A DNA stretch of 42,960 nucleotides from Escherichia phage vB_EcoP_P64441. Location: sequence record PQ847473.1; one strand, 5' to 3'. The position numbers and the translations under genes were made by a program. This document shows, piece by piece, positions 27,205-34,847 of the stretch (within the stretch, counting starts at the first letter, position 1; each line of letters starts with the position of its first letter). The notes beneath the pieces are model-generated. The model was given only the letters and a program-made list of their open reading frames with translations. It was not told where the DNA came from and made no database searches.

Positions 27205-27741
27205 TTAGATACTAACCCAATCAGCGACGCGCAGGTCAGCGTCGCGCAGGTCAGTGCCGGTCAGGTCAGCGCCGCGCAGGTCAGCGCCGCGCAGGTTAGC
27301 GCCAATCAGGTTAGCGTCGCGCAGGTTAGCGCCGCTCAGGTCAGCGCCGCGCAGGTTAGCGCCGCGCAGGTTAGCGCCGTGCAGGTCAGCGCTGCGCAGG
27401 TCAGCGCCGCTCAGGTCAGCGCCGCTCAGGTCAGCGATGTTCAGGTCAGCGTAGCGCAGGTCAGCGCCGCGCAGGTCAGCGCCGCTCAGGTCAGCGCCGC
27501 GCAGGTTAGCGCCAATCAGGTTAGCGTCGCGCAGCTTAGCGTCGCTCAGGTCAGCGACGCGCAGGTCAGCGTCGCTCAGGTCAGCGTAGCGCAGGTCAGC
27601 GCCGCTCAGGTCAGCGCCGCGCAGGTCAGCGTCGAGCAGGTTAGCGCGGCGCAGGTCAGCGCCGCACAGGTCAGCGCCGCACAGGTCAGCGCCTTCCAAG
27701 GATTCCAACTTGTATTTATTACAGATATTGTCATAAGTCAT
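27205..27741 (-). CDS. Pentapeptide-repeat protein 1 (about 30 contiguous pentapeptide repeats)
   Basis: '[44 protein letters not shown]...' runs almost to the C-terminus. Likely start is the ATG at 27741 (MTYDNICNKYKL) with a GAGG ribosome-binding site; the track ORF extends to 27792. Confidence 0.8.
   Translation of the reverse strand: MTYDNICNKYKLESLEGADLCGADLCGADLRRANLLDADLRGADLSGADLRYADLSDADLRVADLSDAKLRDANLIGANLRGADLSGADLRGADLRYADLNIADLSGADLSGADLRSADLHGANLRGANLRGADLSGANLRDANLIGANLRGADLRGADLTGTDLRDADLRVADWVSI
27225..27695. repeat. 15-bp tandem repeat array (coding; pentapeptide repeats)
   Basis: About 30 units of 'gcgcaggtcagcgcc'-type repeats. Near-identical at the DNA level to the array at 20718-21030. 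Confidence 0.9.
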
Positions 27742-27751
27742 ATTAGTAACC

Positions 27752-27991
27752 TCAGTTAATTTTAATATTAAAACGTGCACAATACCCTTCAAGGGTCATC
27801 CCTACTTTAGCTGCTTTAAGACTGTAAGCTAACTTAAGAGCTTCCTTAGCGTCATGCTCACGAGCCAGCTTCTCAATCGTTACTTCATCATTACGCATCA
27901 GAATCATTTCGGGGTTCCGGTTAATCATTTCTGCATCTCCAGTTTGAAAAGGGCCATTGCAGCGTTCAGGCGAAACGCGGGTTGCATTCAT
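27752..27991 (-). CDS. Hypothetical protein (79 aa)
   Basis: ORF only. Confidence 0.3.
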   Translation of the reverse strand: MNATRVSPERCNGPFQTGDAEMINRNPEMILMRNDEVTIEKLAREHDAKEALKLAYSLKAAKVGMTLEGYCARFNIKIN

Positions 27992-28048
27992 TGTTAATCA
28001 GGAAAGTGTGATAAGCCTTAGCAATCTGCTGTGCTTTCTGTTGCTGTG

Positions 28049-28261
28049 TCATTCTAAATTCCTCTGTAAGTAATACATGTATACTTCACGAGCTCGCATT
28101 TTAGCGTAATCTTCGCAATGCCCTCTCTTAATCGCAGCAAGGTAAGTTTCGGTAGCCGCCTTCCGAGCGCATGTCTTTACATAAGAGTTAAACCAGTTAT
28201 TAAAGCCCATCATTTTGTAATCCTCTGTAGAAGTAAGTTTGCTGACGCTGACGTTTCTCAT
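28049..28261 (-). CDS. Hypothetical protein (70 aa)
   Basis: ORF only. Confidence 0.3.
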   Translation of the reverse strand: MRNVSVSKLTSTEDYKMMGFNNWFNSYVKTCARKAATETYLAAIKRGHCEDYAKMRAREVYMYYLQRNLE

Positions 28262-28375
28262 TAAGGTAGGCGCTAGCTTCGTTAGCTGCCCCGCCTGTCA
28301 GGAATTCGAAAAGCTTGAACATCTCAGCTTCACGTTGACGCTCAACCTCAACTGTCTGGCTAGTTTGACCGACCA

Positions 28376-28702
28376 TTATTTAACTCCTTTCGGTGTAGAA
28401 GACTTAGATTTAAAATAACTGTTAATGCGCTGGCAAGTCTTGCTACTAGGGCGGCAAGTGCGTTCACCACGTTCTTTGTACTCAGCGCTCTTAGCACTGC
28501 GCTGAGAGGCTTTATCTGACCAGTCATTACTAGGAATGGCTTCTGCTTTATAAGTATGCGTCATGAGCTTCTTAAGAGCTTTACGGGCCTCAGTACCCTC
28601 AGGCTTCTGTGCCAGCTGAACTAATTCACTACGATTAGCTTCTAACTTCTTAGCATCTTCAACAGAGATACCGAAACGACGTGCTTGAGCTTTAGCGTTC
28701 AT
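28376..28702 (-). CDS. Hypothetical basic protein (108 aa)
   Basis: Lys/Arg/Ser-rich. First ORF downstream of promoter P2 and its leader. Confidence 0.4.
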   Translation of the reverse strand: MNAKAQARRFGISVEDAKKLEANRSELVQLAQKPEGTEARKALKKLMTHTYKAEAIPSNDWSDKASQRSAKSAEYKERGERTCRPSSKTCQRINSYFKSKSSTPKGVK

Positions 28703-28796
28703 CTTAACTCCTTAGTGGTTTTATTAAAGCCCTCCGCAGAAGGCTTTGTAAAACTACTTTAGTTTCTTTCATCTCAGACCCACTGAATTATCCGTG

Positions 28797-28850
28797 GACG
28801 GGAGGAACCGCTCGAGCCTGTTCTATCTACCCTAGGCTCTCAGAAGGGCA
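28797..28850 (-). promoter_or_regulatory. Conserved leader element copy 2 (stem GAGCCT/AGGCTC, loop with GGGTAGATA)
   Basis: Plus strand 'gacgggaggaaccgctcGAGCCTgttctatctaccctAGGCTCtcagaagggca'. Confidence 0.55.
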
Positions 28851-28890
28851 ATCACTTAGCGTTGTTGATTAACGTCCTGCTATGAATCCA

Positions 28891-28918
28891 ACTATACTCC
28901 TATTTTATTTTGTGTCAA
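28891..28918 (-). promoter_or_regulatory. Sigma70-like promoter P2 (TTGACA-16 nt-TATAGT) reading the minus strand
   Basis: Minus strand 'gtgTTGACAcaaaataaaataggagTATAGTtgg'. Confidence 0.5.
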
Positions 28919-28921
28919 CAC

Positions 28922-29587
28922 TTATTTTGAAATTCTTTCTGAAATATACACAAATCCCTTAGGAGTAAACTGCGCAGAGATGCGTGCAACCTTTAATCTG
29001 TCAAAAGTAACCTTATGCTCCCCACGTTTAGCCTTTAGCCAGCCTGCACTGAATGTCCACGTACCATTCAATTTATACATATGCTTATTCTCTACCAGCC
29101 AACTTCTTACTTCAGCTTCAGTGTAAGATAAGAACTTACACATCTCACGTAAAGTCATAAGACCTGTAGTATCTACATAGTTACCTACGAACTCAACCTT
29201 AGGCGCTGCTTCTTCTACCTTCTCTTGGAGCTTCAAGTTCTCTTCTGCGTAGTTCTGGAGAAGTCCCAGCAACTGCTTAGGGTCATGCAAGTTAATAGTA
29301 GGCTGACGTTGCTTACGCTCCAGCTCTTCCCAACGGTCAATGATACGGGCGCGCAGTTCTACATTGTAGCCAGAGATAACAAGCAATGTATCACGTTTAG
29401 TTAAATGCCACTCGCGCTGTTGCTGATTATTATATCCGGCGTAAGTTACTGATTTACTTGATTGGCTCAAAACTGAGCCAATGCTTTCAATGTCCCTAAG
29501 TACGTTCTTATGCAACTTACCAGTCAGCTCAGCAATCTCGCGGCTAGTCATGGTCTGTACATCAGTAGTAGTAGTTAAATCAAACAT
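28922..29587 (-). CDS. Rha-family phage regulatory protein-like
   Basis: N-terminal 'QTMTSREIAELTGKLHKNVLRDIESI' resembles the Rha-domain signature (MSSREIAELTGK.H..VLRDI). Confidence 0.6.
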   Translation of the reverse strand: MFDLTTTTDVQTMTSREIAELTGKLHKNVLRDIESIGSVLSQSSKSVTYAGYNNQQQREWHLTKRDTLLVISGYNVELRARIIDRWEELERKQRQPTINLHDPKQLLGLLQNYAEENLKLQEKVEEAAPKVEFVGNYVDTTGLMTLREMCKFLSYTEAEVRSWLVENKHMYKLNGTWTFSAGWLKAKRGEHKVTFDRLKVARISAQFTPKGFVYISERISK

Positions 29588-29838
29588 TACATAGTCCCCA
29601 TAGAATCAACAAAGCAAGCAACAACGATAGTCTTATCTTCATAAGGCATAGCCTCGACACTGTTGAGAGTGTCTACAAGGTCCTTCAGCTCGATACCTTG
29701 TGTGTACGCCCACTTACCCCAGTTGCACAGCTCAATACTGTTAGGCGCTGCTTTAGACGGGTTACAGTACACCATAGCCGCAGTACCTACCAGTGCCGCA
29801 CAGAACCAGATTTTAAACGTATTCAGTTTCATATACAC
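29587..29838 (-). CDS. Small secreted protein (signal peptide) of unknown function
   Basis: 'MYMKLNTFKIWFCAALVGTAAMVYC' has a hydrophobic N-terminal signal-like segment. 83 aa. Confidence 0.4.
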   Translation of the reverse strand: MYMKLNTFKIWFCAALVGTAAMVYCNPSKAAPNSIELCNWGKWAYTQGIELKDLVDTLNSVEAMPYEDKTIVVACFVDSMGTM

Positions 29839-29933
29839 CTCAGGAGAGTAGTTGTATTAAGCCGTAAATGGCTAAGAAAGGTGCTGCTACCTGCAACAGC
29901 ATTAAAGGGATGATGAACAGCATGTACAGTGCA

Positions 29934-30272
29934 TTACGCATTATGTGCATTCTCCTCACAATACTGTAACGCAAAGCGCAGCAATTCATTATACAGCGAA
30001 GTAGTCAGAATCCCTTCATTATAGTACTCAGCCTCATGTTTACGGACAGTATCCTTAGCAATGCATGCTACCTTCAGACTGCACCCTGTAGCCTGCATAA
30101 GGCTGCGTACAAGCTGTGTATCCTTATAAGCTTTCTTAGCATGCCATTTAACAGCGCTTACTGCTGCACCTACAACAACCATACCACCCATCACGACAAA
30201 GCCAATTGCACTAGACATATCATATACCTTTAATTCTGTACCCTCGCAGCGAGGATACTTAACTAAAGACAT
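29934..30272 (-). CDS. Small membrane protein of unknown function
   Basis: 'AIGFVVMGGMVVVGAAVSAV' is a single predicted transmembrane segment. 112 aa. Confidence 0.4.
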   Translation of the reverse strand: MSLVKYPRCEGTELKVYDMSSAIGFVVMGGMVVVGAAVSAVKWHAKKAYKDTQLVRSLMQATGCSLKVACIAKDTVRKHEAEYYNEGILTTSLYNELLRFALQYCEENAHNA

Positions 30273-30336
30273 CTTAGCGAAGCTCTTGTCTCTTCAATCT
30301 AGTGAGCTTCTCATCTATTCCCTCTGTATAATCCGA

Positions 30337-30391
30337 GGACGCTAGGTAACGCTCAGAACCTGTTTATCTACCCCGGTTCTTCAGAAGGGCA
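30337..30391 (-). promoter_or_regulatory. Conserved leader element copy 3 (stem AGAACC/GGTTCT, loop with GGGTAGATA)
   Basis: Plus strand 'ggacgctaggtaacgctcAGAACCtgtttatctaccccGGTTCTtcagaagggca'. Confidence 0.55.
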
Positions 30392-30430
30392 ACCAGTTAT
30401 CGTATCTGGCTAACGTCTTGCTATGTACTG

Positions 30431-30459
30431 ACTATACTTCTACAAAACAGGTAAGTCAA
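30431..30459 (-). promoter_or_regulatory. Sigma70-like promoter P3 (TTGACT-17 nt-TATAGT) reading the minus strand
   Basis: Minus strand 'TTGACTtacctgttttgtagaagTATAGT'. Confidence 0.5.
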
Positions 30460-30465
30460 CAACTA

Positions 30466-30612
30466 TTTAAACTTTCTTCTATCTGCTTTAAACCTTATAG
30501 CATACTCCTTAGGGTATCGTTCTTTAAGCTGTAGCCTATAATAGTGAAACCCTTCCATATCATCCTGATTTAAACATTCATACATTCGGTATACTAAGTA
30601 ACTTGCTGTCAT
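30466..30612 (-). CDS. Micro-ORF (49 aa), paralogue of 30634..30747
   Basis: Hand translation 'MTASYLVYRMYECLNQDDMEGFHYYRLQLKERYPKEYAIRFKADRRKFK', with a GAGGA ribosome-binding site. Shares the MT..YL..M.EC...DM.G(F/Y)FHY pattern with the upstream micro-ORF. Confidence 0.4.
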
Positions 30613-30633
30613 GGTTTAGTCCTCATTGTTTTA

Positions 30634-30747
30634 ATTACCTTTAAACGCATACATCTCACACAGCTTGCACCAGTAATGAAAGTACCCGTTCATATCACCT
30701 ATATCAGCGCATACCTCTACCATCTTCTCTAAATACTCTCGAGTCAT
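30634..30747 (-). CDS. Micro-ORF (38 aa), paralogue of 30466..30612
   Basis: Hand translation 'MTREYLEKMVEVCADIGDMNGYFHYWCKLCEMYAFKGN'. Its 5' leader ('caacacatagtaataggagataattgagac') is near-identical to the leader of the 244-aa gene at 31539-31572. Confidence 0.4.
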
Positions 30748-30803
30748 GTCTCAATTATCTCCTATTACTATGTGTTGTGCGGAGGCTCTCGCCGAACGCA
30801 CCC

Positions 30804-31538
30804 TTACCTACGCTGTTGCTGCATCCATTCGTACAACTCACCCTGCGACCACTTAACCTGACGCGCTGTAGCGCCCTTAGTAGTCTCTTTAATCTCTTCA
30901 TACTCTACTACAGCATCCTTACTATGTATATACGTAGTACTATCATTACTTAGTATACTGCGCTCATACTCCTTCTTACTAAGCTCCGGCTTAGACTCAT
31001 GCTTCAGCCACTCATTATGTCTAGCATCAAGCATTGCATCTATCTCTAGTGCTAAAGCATCCAACGGCTCAGCGTCTATCCAATCCCTGTCCTCGCACCA
31101 CGTAGGGTTAAGATAGAGGCTATCATCCATATACCGCTTATCCTTCCTAGCGTTGTACTGCTTGTAATGCGCTGTAGCCTCATTAACTGCGCTCAGTACA
31201 GTACCAGCACGCTGCATAGTCTTAAGCCCTGCATAGCCTCTACTACGTCCTTCTAAGTAATCGTTCATGAGATTGTAATGCTTCAACTGGAAGTCATCAC
31301 TGTATGCCCAAGCCAGCACTACATCCTGCATCTTCAACGTAGCATCAGCTACAGCTATTATATTACGCCTAGCTACAGGCTTCTTATCGCTCCTAGCAGG
31401 CTTACTAGTACCTAAAGCAGCGTATGCCTCATCTTTAGTTAAGTACCAGTCATCACCTACTACATACACATTACAGCGCTTCCCATCTATAGTCTTCTTA
31501 CTGCGCTTCATCAATGTACCCGTCTCTTGCTTAGTCAT
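30804..31538 (-). CDS. Hypothetical early protein (244 aa); first gene after the putative left end
   Basis: ORF with an AGGGGA ribosome-binding site. No recognisable motif. Confidence 0.5.
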   Translation of the reverse strand: MTKQETGTLMKRSKKTIDGKRCNVYVVGDDWYLTKDEAYAALGTSKPARSDKKPVARRNIIAVADATLKMQDVVLAWAYSDDFQLKHYNLMNDYLEGRSRGYAGLKTMQRAGTVLSAVNEATAHYKQYNARKDKRYMDDSLYLNPTWCEDRDWIDAEPLDALALEIDAMLDARHNEWLKHESKPELSKKEYERSILSNDSTTYIHSKDAVVEYEEIKETTKGATARQVKWSQGELYEWMQQQRR

Positions 31539-31539
31539 A

Positions 31540-32085
31540 ATGTCTCAATTATCCCCTACTATTATGTGTTGGTAGTGTATTGGCTGTGACTCACCTTATT
31601 GTTAAAAGCTGTACAACTAATACACCAACTAATACAACTACCCGCAGCATAACACAGCACTAACCCTGCGTCAACCATTGCACAGCCTGGAAGCAAAAGA
31701 GGTAAGCCTAACGATACACCTGCACTACCTCTGACTCTCTACTGCGGATAAAATAGGCAAGAGCAGAGAGGACAGCATCTCCCTGTGCTCCACAAAATAG
31801 GCAAGACTAACCTCTCCCGCACCCTCAACAGAGAGCGCAGAGACAGCCAGCCAAGCCAGGTCCTGCCAGAGATACGCAGAGGCACCCCCTACCCTCCCTC
31901 CAGAAGATTCCCAGAGGCCGCCCCTACGGGGGGAACAGCGCGTTGGTCGGGTGAAGGAGGCCCTCGCGTGAGTATAATAAATTCAAGGTGCCTGTTTACA
32001 CTTGCAATCCTGAGCTATGTATGCTATGCCAAAGGATTCCCCAGAGATTCCAGGGGATTCCATTAGCAATTTCTCTAGCTATTCC
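31540..32085. other. Non-coding region, candidate genome-end / terminal-repeat region (collapsed in this circular assembly)
   Basis: About 550 bp with no credible ORF, lying between the last late gene and the first early gene. Contains short direct repeats ('aaaataggcaaga' twice, 'actaatacaNc' twice) and G/C-rich tracts ('ccctccctcc', 'cccctacgggggg'). Confidence 0.35.
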
Positions 32086-33648
32086 TTAGACAATACGAAT
32101 TTCACCACCATGCGGAGAGATAGGACTAGCTAAGTACGGACTACGCACTACTACGTACCCGTTCTCATCAGAAGAGATAACTGGAGGCTTACTAACGTCG
32201 TTAGTACTGAGCGCTACAGCTGTACCACCTGCTACGTGCCCTAACCAGAACCATGTACCCAGGTTGTGGTCAATCTTCAGTGCAACATACAGGAGCTGCG
32301 TATCCGTGTACTCAATGTTAGTGCTCCATACTGCGCGGCTATCAGCACCACTGGTTTCAGTACTAAGAGCAGCGCCTACAGTGAACTGTGCCTGACTACC
32401 GTTAGACATCTTCCCGTTCACCTTCTGAGGATGGTACTTGCTGGTCTGTACTGCCTTACCTACCAGTGCATCCAGCCCTACGTTCGGGTCGTACACTGTG
32501 TAAGTCTGCTGTACAGTACTGGCTTGCTTAGCGTTAGCTAGTGCTAAGCGCTGGTTACCTGCGATGATTCCGGTAGGGAAGTGCAAATCCGAGAGGTTGT
32601 AGTTACTGCCTTCGATAATATCCCACCATACAGCACCACCACCAATGCGGTTGTTAGGCTGCATGATAACGTTCGTGTTCTCATTGAACCCACCGAACAT
32701 CTTTAGACTGCTTCCGTACACCCAGCAGTTATCCATAGTGATAGCGTTGGCACTGGTAGCGATACAACCATAAGCACCAGCGGCATTGCTCTCGATATAG
32801 CAGGAGTCGAACTTAATGTTGTAAGCGCCTTGGATAAACACACCATGTGTCTGGAAGCTCTCGATACCGCAGTTAAACAGCGTCAGTGCTTCTACAGCAG
32901 ATACGAACTTAATACCTACGTCGCATACACCTGTATGCACAGAGATAAGCGGTTGGATATTCACTTCATCACGGAACTCATAACGATGCAGGCCTACTGT
33001 GTAGCTGCCGTTGCACTGCAAGTTCTTGAACGAGCTGTAGAAGCAACGTTCTGTATAAACCAGCTGCTGCACATCCACTGCTACAATGTCCGTAACCTCA
33101 CACCCGAATACATGGTTACGCAGGCGCATACCTTGATAGAAGGACATGAGCGTAGCGTTTCGGATACAGGTACCAACAGTAAGGAACTCCTCCTGACCGC
33201 TACCAAATACTGATACAAGTCTCCCTGAGGTATTGATATAACCAGTCTCAAGGAAGATGTTAGTACTGTCTGCGGTATCTGTGCGCCCTACAATGCGAGC
33301 ACCCTGCATATCCAGAGTAGTAATGCGGCGACGAGGTGTAGTAACTTCAATAGCACTAGGGGACTCTGAGGCCAGCACATACACTTTATTAGCAATATAG
33401 TAGCTCTTCCAGCCTGTAGCTTTAACTGTACCACCACCACGGCGATAGCACTCTACAAGCGCAGCCTGAAAGGCAGCCGAGTCATCTGTAGCGTTAGGGT
33501 TGCGTGTACCATCTGGAAGGAGGGCATCACCTTTAGCCCCGAAGTCGTCTACATAAACGTCACGACCTAGTGCTTCGGATACGCTACCTCCGTTATAGCT
33601 TACCCCTTCTGAATCTACACGTACTTCAATATTAGCGACTAATGTCAT
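32086..33648 (-). CDS. Tailspike 2 / putative capsule depolymerase (pectate-lyase-like beta-helix)
   Basis: 'VYVDDFGAKGDALLPDGTRNPNATDDSAAFQAALVEC' is the N-terminal signature of pectate_lyase_3-type beta-helix tailspikes. 520 aa with no T7 gp17-like N-terminal anchor. Confidence 0.65.
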   Translation of the reverse strand: MTLVANIEVRVDSEGVSYNGGSVSEALGRDVYVDDFGAKGDALLPDGTRNPNATDDSAAFQAALVECYRRGGGTVKATGWKSYYIANKVYVLASESPSAIEVTTPRRRITTLDMQGARIVGRTDTADSTNIFLETGYINTSGRLVSVFGSGQEEFLTVGTCIRNATLMSFYQGMRLRNHVFGCEVTDIVAVDVQQLVYTERCFYSSFKNLQCNGSYTVGLHRYEFRDEVNIQPLISVHTGVCDVGIKFVSAVEALTLFNCGIESFQTHGVFIQGAYNIKFDSCYIESNAAGAYGCIATSANAITMDNCWVYGSSLKMFGGFNENTNVIMQPNNRIGGGAVWWDIIEGSNYNLSDLHFPTGIIAGNQRLALANAKQASTVQQTYTVYDPNVGLDALVGKAVQTSKYHPQKVNGKMSNGSQAQFTVGAALSTETSGADSRAVWSTNIEYTDTQLLYVALKIDHNLGTWFWLGHVAGGTAVALSTNDVSKPPVISSDENGYVVVRSPYLASPISPHGGEIRIV

Positions 33649-33657
33649 GTTCTTCCC

Positions 33658-34221
33658 TTACTTAGGCATAGCAGCGAGTGCTGCTTGCACTGATTTGAAT
33701 TCATTGCCGATAGCTTTAGCTTCCCACTGACGGCGCTCCCAGAGGCCCCAGCACACCTTATTAGGCTTAACCTTTACCAACGTACTGCAGTCGTACTTAA
33801 CCCCGTTACGGGTGATGTAGCGCCAGCTGAGCACGGCTTTAGCTGCACCTGCAGTATCGCCTTGCATTAGCTTTTGCTTCGTGGTACTGTTCTTAAAACC
33901 TGAGATGCCGATGTTATAGGTCATGTCCAAAGCACCGAGAATCTGTACGTCCGTAAGCGACATAGGAAGCCCGTCAAGAGACTTAGCATGCTCACCAGCT
34001 GATTCTATCAGTTGTTGCTTACACTGCGTCAGCGTGGCTGTATCACCCATCCTAACGCCCTTAGTCTCACCATAGCAGATGGTAGGTACGCCAGCTGAGT
34101 CTTTGTATGCTTTAAGGGAGAGGCCTTCGTTATGCTGTATTACCATAGCGATGCTGGCGCCCAGCAGGGAAGTCCCTGCCAGCGCAGCCTTAACCTTGTT
34201 GCTTATGCTCATAGTATTCAA
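33658..34221 (-). CDS. SAR endolysin (GH24 lysozyme, T4/lambda-R-like)
   Basis: N-terminal Gly/Ala/Ser-rich weakly hydrophobic segment 'KAALAGTSLLGASIAMVI' (signal-arrest-release type), followed by 'EGLSLKAYKDSAGVPTICYGET', which gives the E...D...T catalytic triad spacing of GH24 lysozymes. Confidence 0.8.
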   Translation of the reverse strand: MNTMSISNKVKAALAGTSLLGASIAMVIQHNEGLSLKAYKDSAGVPTICYGETKGVRMGDTATLTQCKQQLIESAGEHAKSLDGLPMSLTDVQILGALDMTYNIGISGFKNSTTKQKLMQGDTAGAAKAVLSWRYITRNGVKYDCSTLVKVKPNKVCWGLWERRQWEAKAIGNEFKSVQAALAAMPK

Positions 34222-34438
34222 GGCCCTTCTCTAATGCTCGCTCCTTGAGCTTGTACTCTTTGTGTTTGTAGTATGCGTTCCATGCAAAGGTCAGTACAGC
34301 TACAACCGTACCGACTATGAAGGAGATTGTCCCCCAGTTCCAAGACATTATGTCTGCCATCCATCCACCGCCCATAGTGGCGACAGATACGTTTGTTCCT
34401 ACACGGGTAATAGTTTCCCCGTTAATTGGTAGACTCAT
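34190..34438 (-). CDS. Putative holin (pinholin-like)
   Basis: Transmembrane segment 'WGTISFIVGTVVAVLTFAW' and a charged C-terminus, immediately upstream of the SAR endolysin. The track ORF runs to 34513, but likely starts are the internal ATGs at about 34438 or 34375. Confidence 0.5.
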   Translation of the reverse strand: MSLPINGETITRVGTNVSVATMGGGWMADIMSWNWGTISFIVGTVVAVLTFAWNAYYKHKEYKLKERALEKGLEYYEHKQQG

Positions 34439-34847
34439 CGCTCTCGTCCTTAGTTCTTCCGAGTTTGCGGAACAACAGGACGATGATGAGGATTGCGATT
34501 GGAACCGCTGCACCTGCCAGTCCTGCTAGAATTATGCTAGTACCATCGTTGTTAACAACCTGTACTCGCTCCGTGTTAATGGTTCCAGTAGTAACTGAAC
34601 TGGACTGCTTCTTGGTAGAAGTATCCAGCGTGCCTACGTTAGAATCTTTAATTGATGTTTCATTGTCCGTGCTGGAGTCGGACTTGCCATTAAGGCCTAC
34701 AGTTTGTTTCGTATTCTCTGCGCCAGCTTGCACGGACAGGTCTGGCTTAGAGCCAATAAGATCTGTCAATGCAGAGGTCGCTGAGCAGCCTACCAAACAC
34801 CCTGTAAGAGCCGTAGCGAGGACTAACCCAGCGACCTTAGCCCGCAT
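34422..34847 (-). CDS. Putative unimolecular spanin (outer-membrane lipoprotein with C-terminal transmembrane anchor)
   Basis: N-terminus 'MRAKVAGLVLATALTGCLVGC' has a lipobox (LTGC). C-terminus 'IILAGLAGAAVPIAILIIVLLFRKLGRTKDESDESTN' is a transmembrane segment with a charged tail. This matches the T1 gp11-type u-spanin topology. 141 aa. Confidence 0.5.
   Translation of the reverse strand: MRAKVAGLVLATALTGCLVGCSATSALTDLIGSKPDLSVQAGAENTKQTVGLNGKSDSSTDNETSIKDSNVGTLDTSTKKQSSSVTTGTINTERVQVVNNDGTSIILAGLAGAAVPIAILIIVLLFRKLGRTKDESDESTN

Noticed and set aside
27193-27759. 188-aa plus-strand ORF made of (AQVSA)n, and a similar one at 20640..21038
   Set aside because: Antisense reading of the 15-bp tandem repeats that encode the pentapeptide-repeat proteins. 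The repeat periodicity keeps every frame open.
31785-32066. 93-aa plus-strand ORF in the non-coding end region
   Set aside because: Pro/Arg-rich translation of a GC-rich repeat region, wrong strand relative to all genes, no ribosome-binding site.
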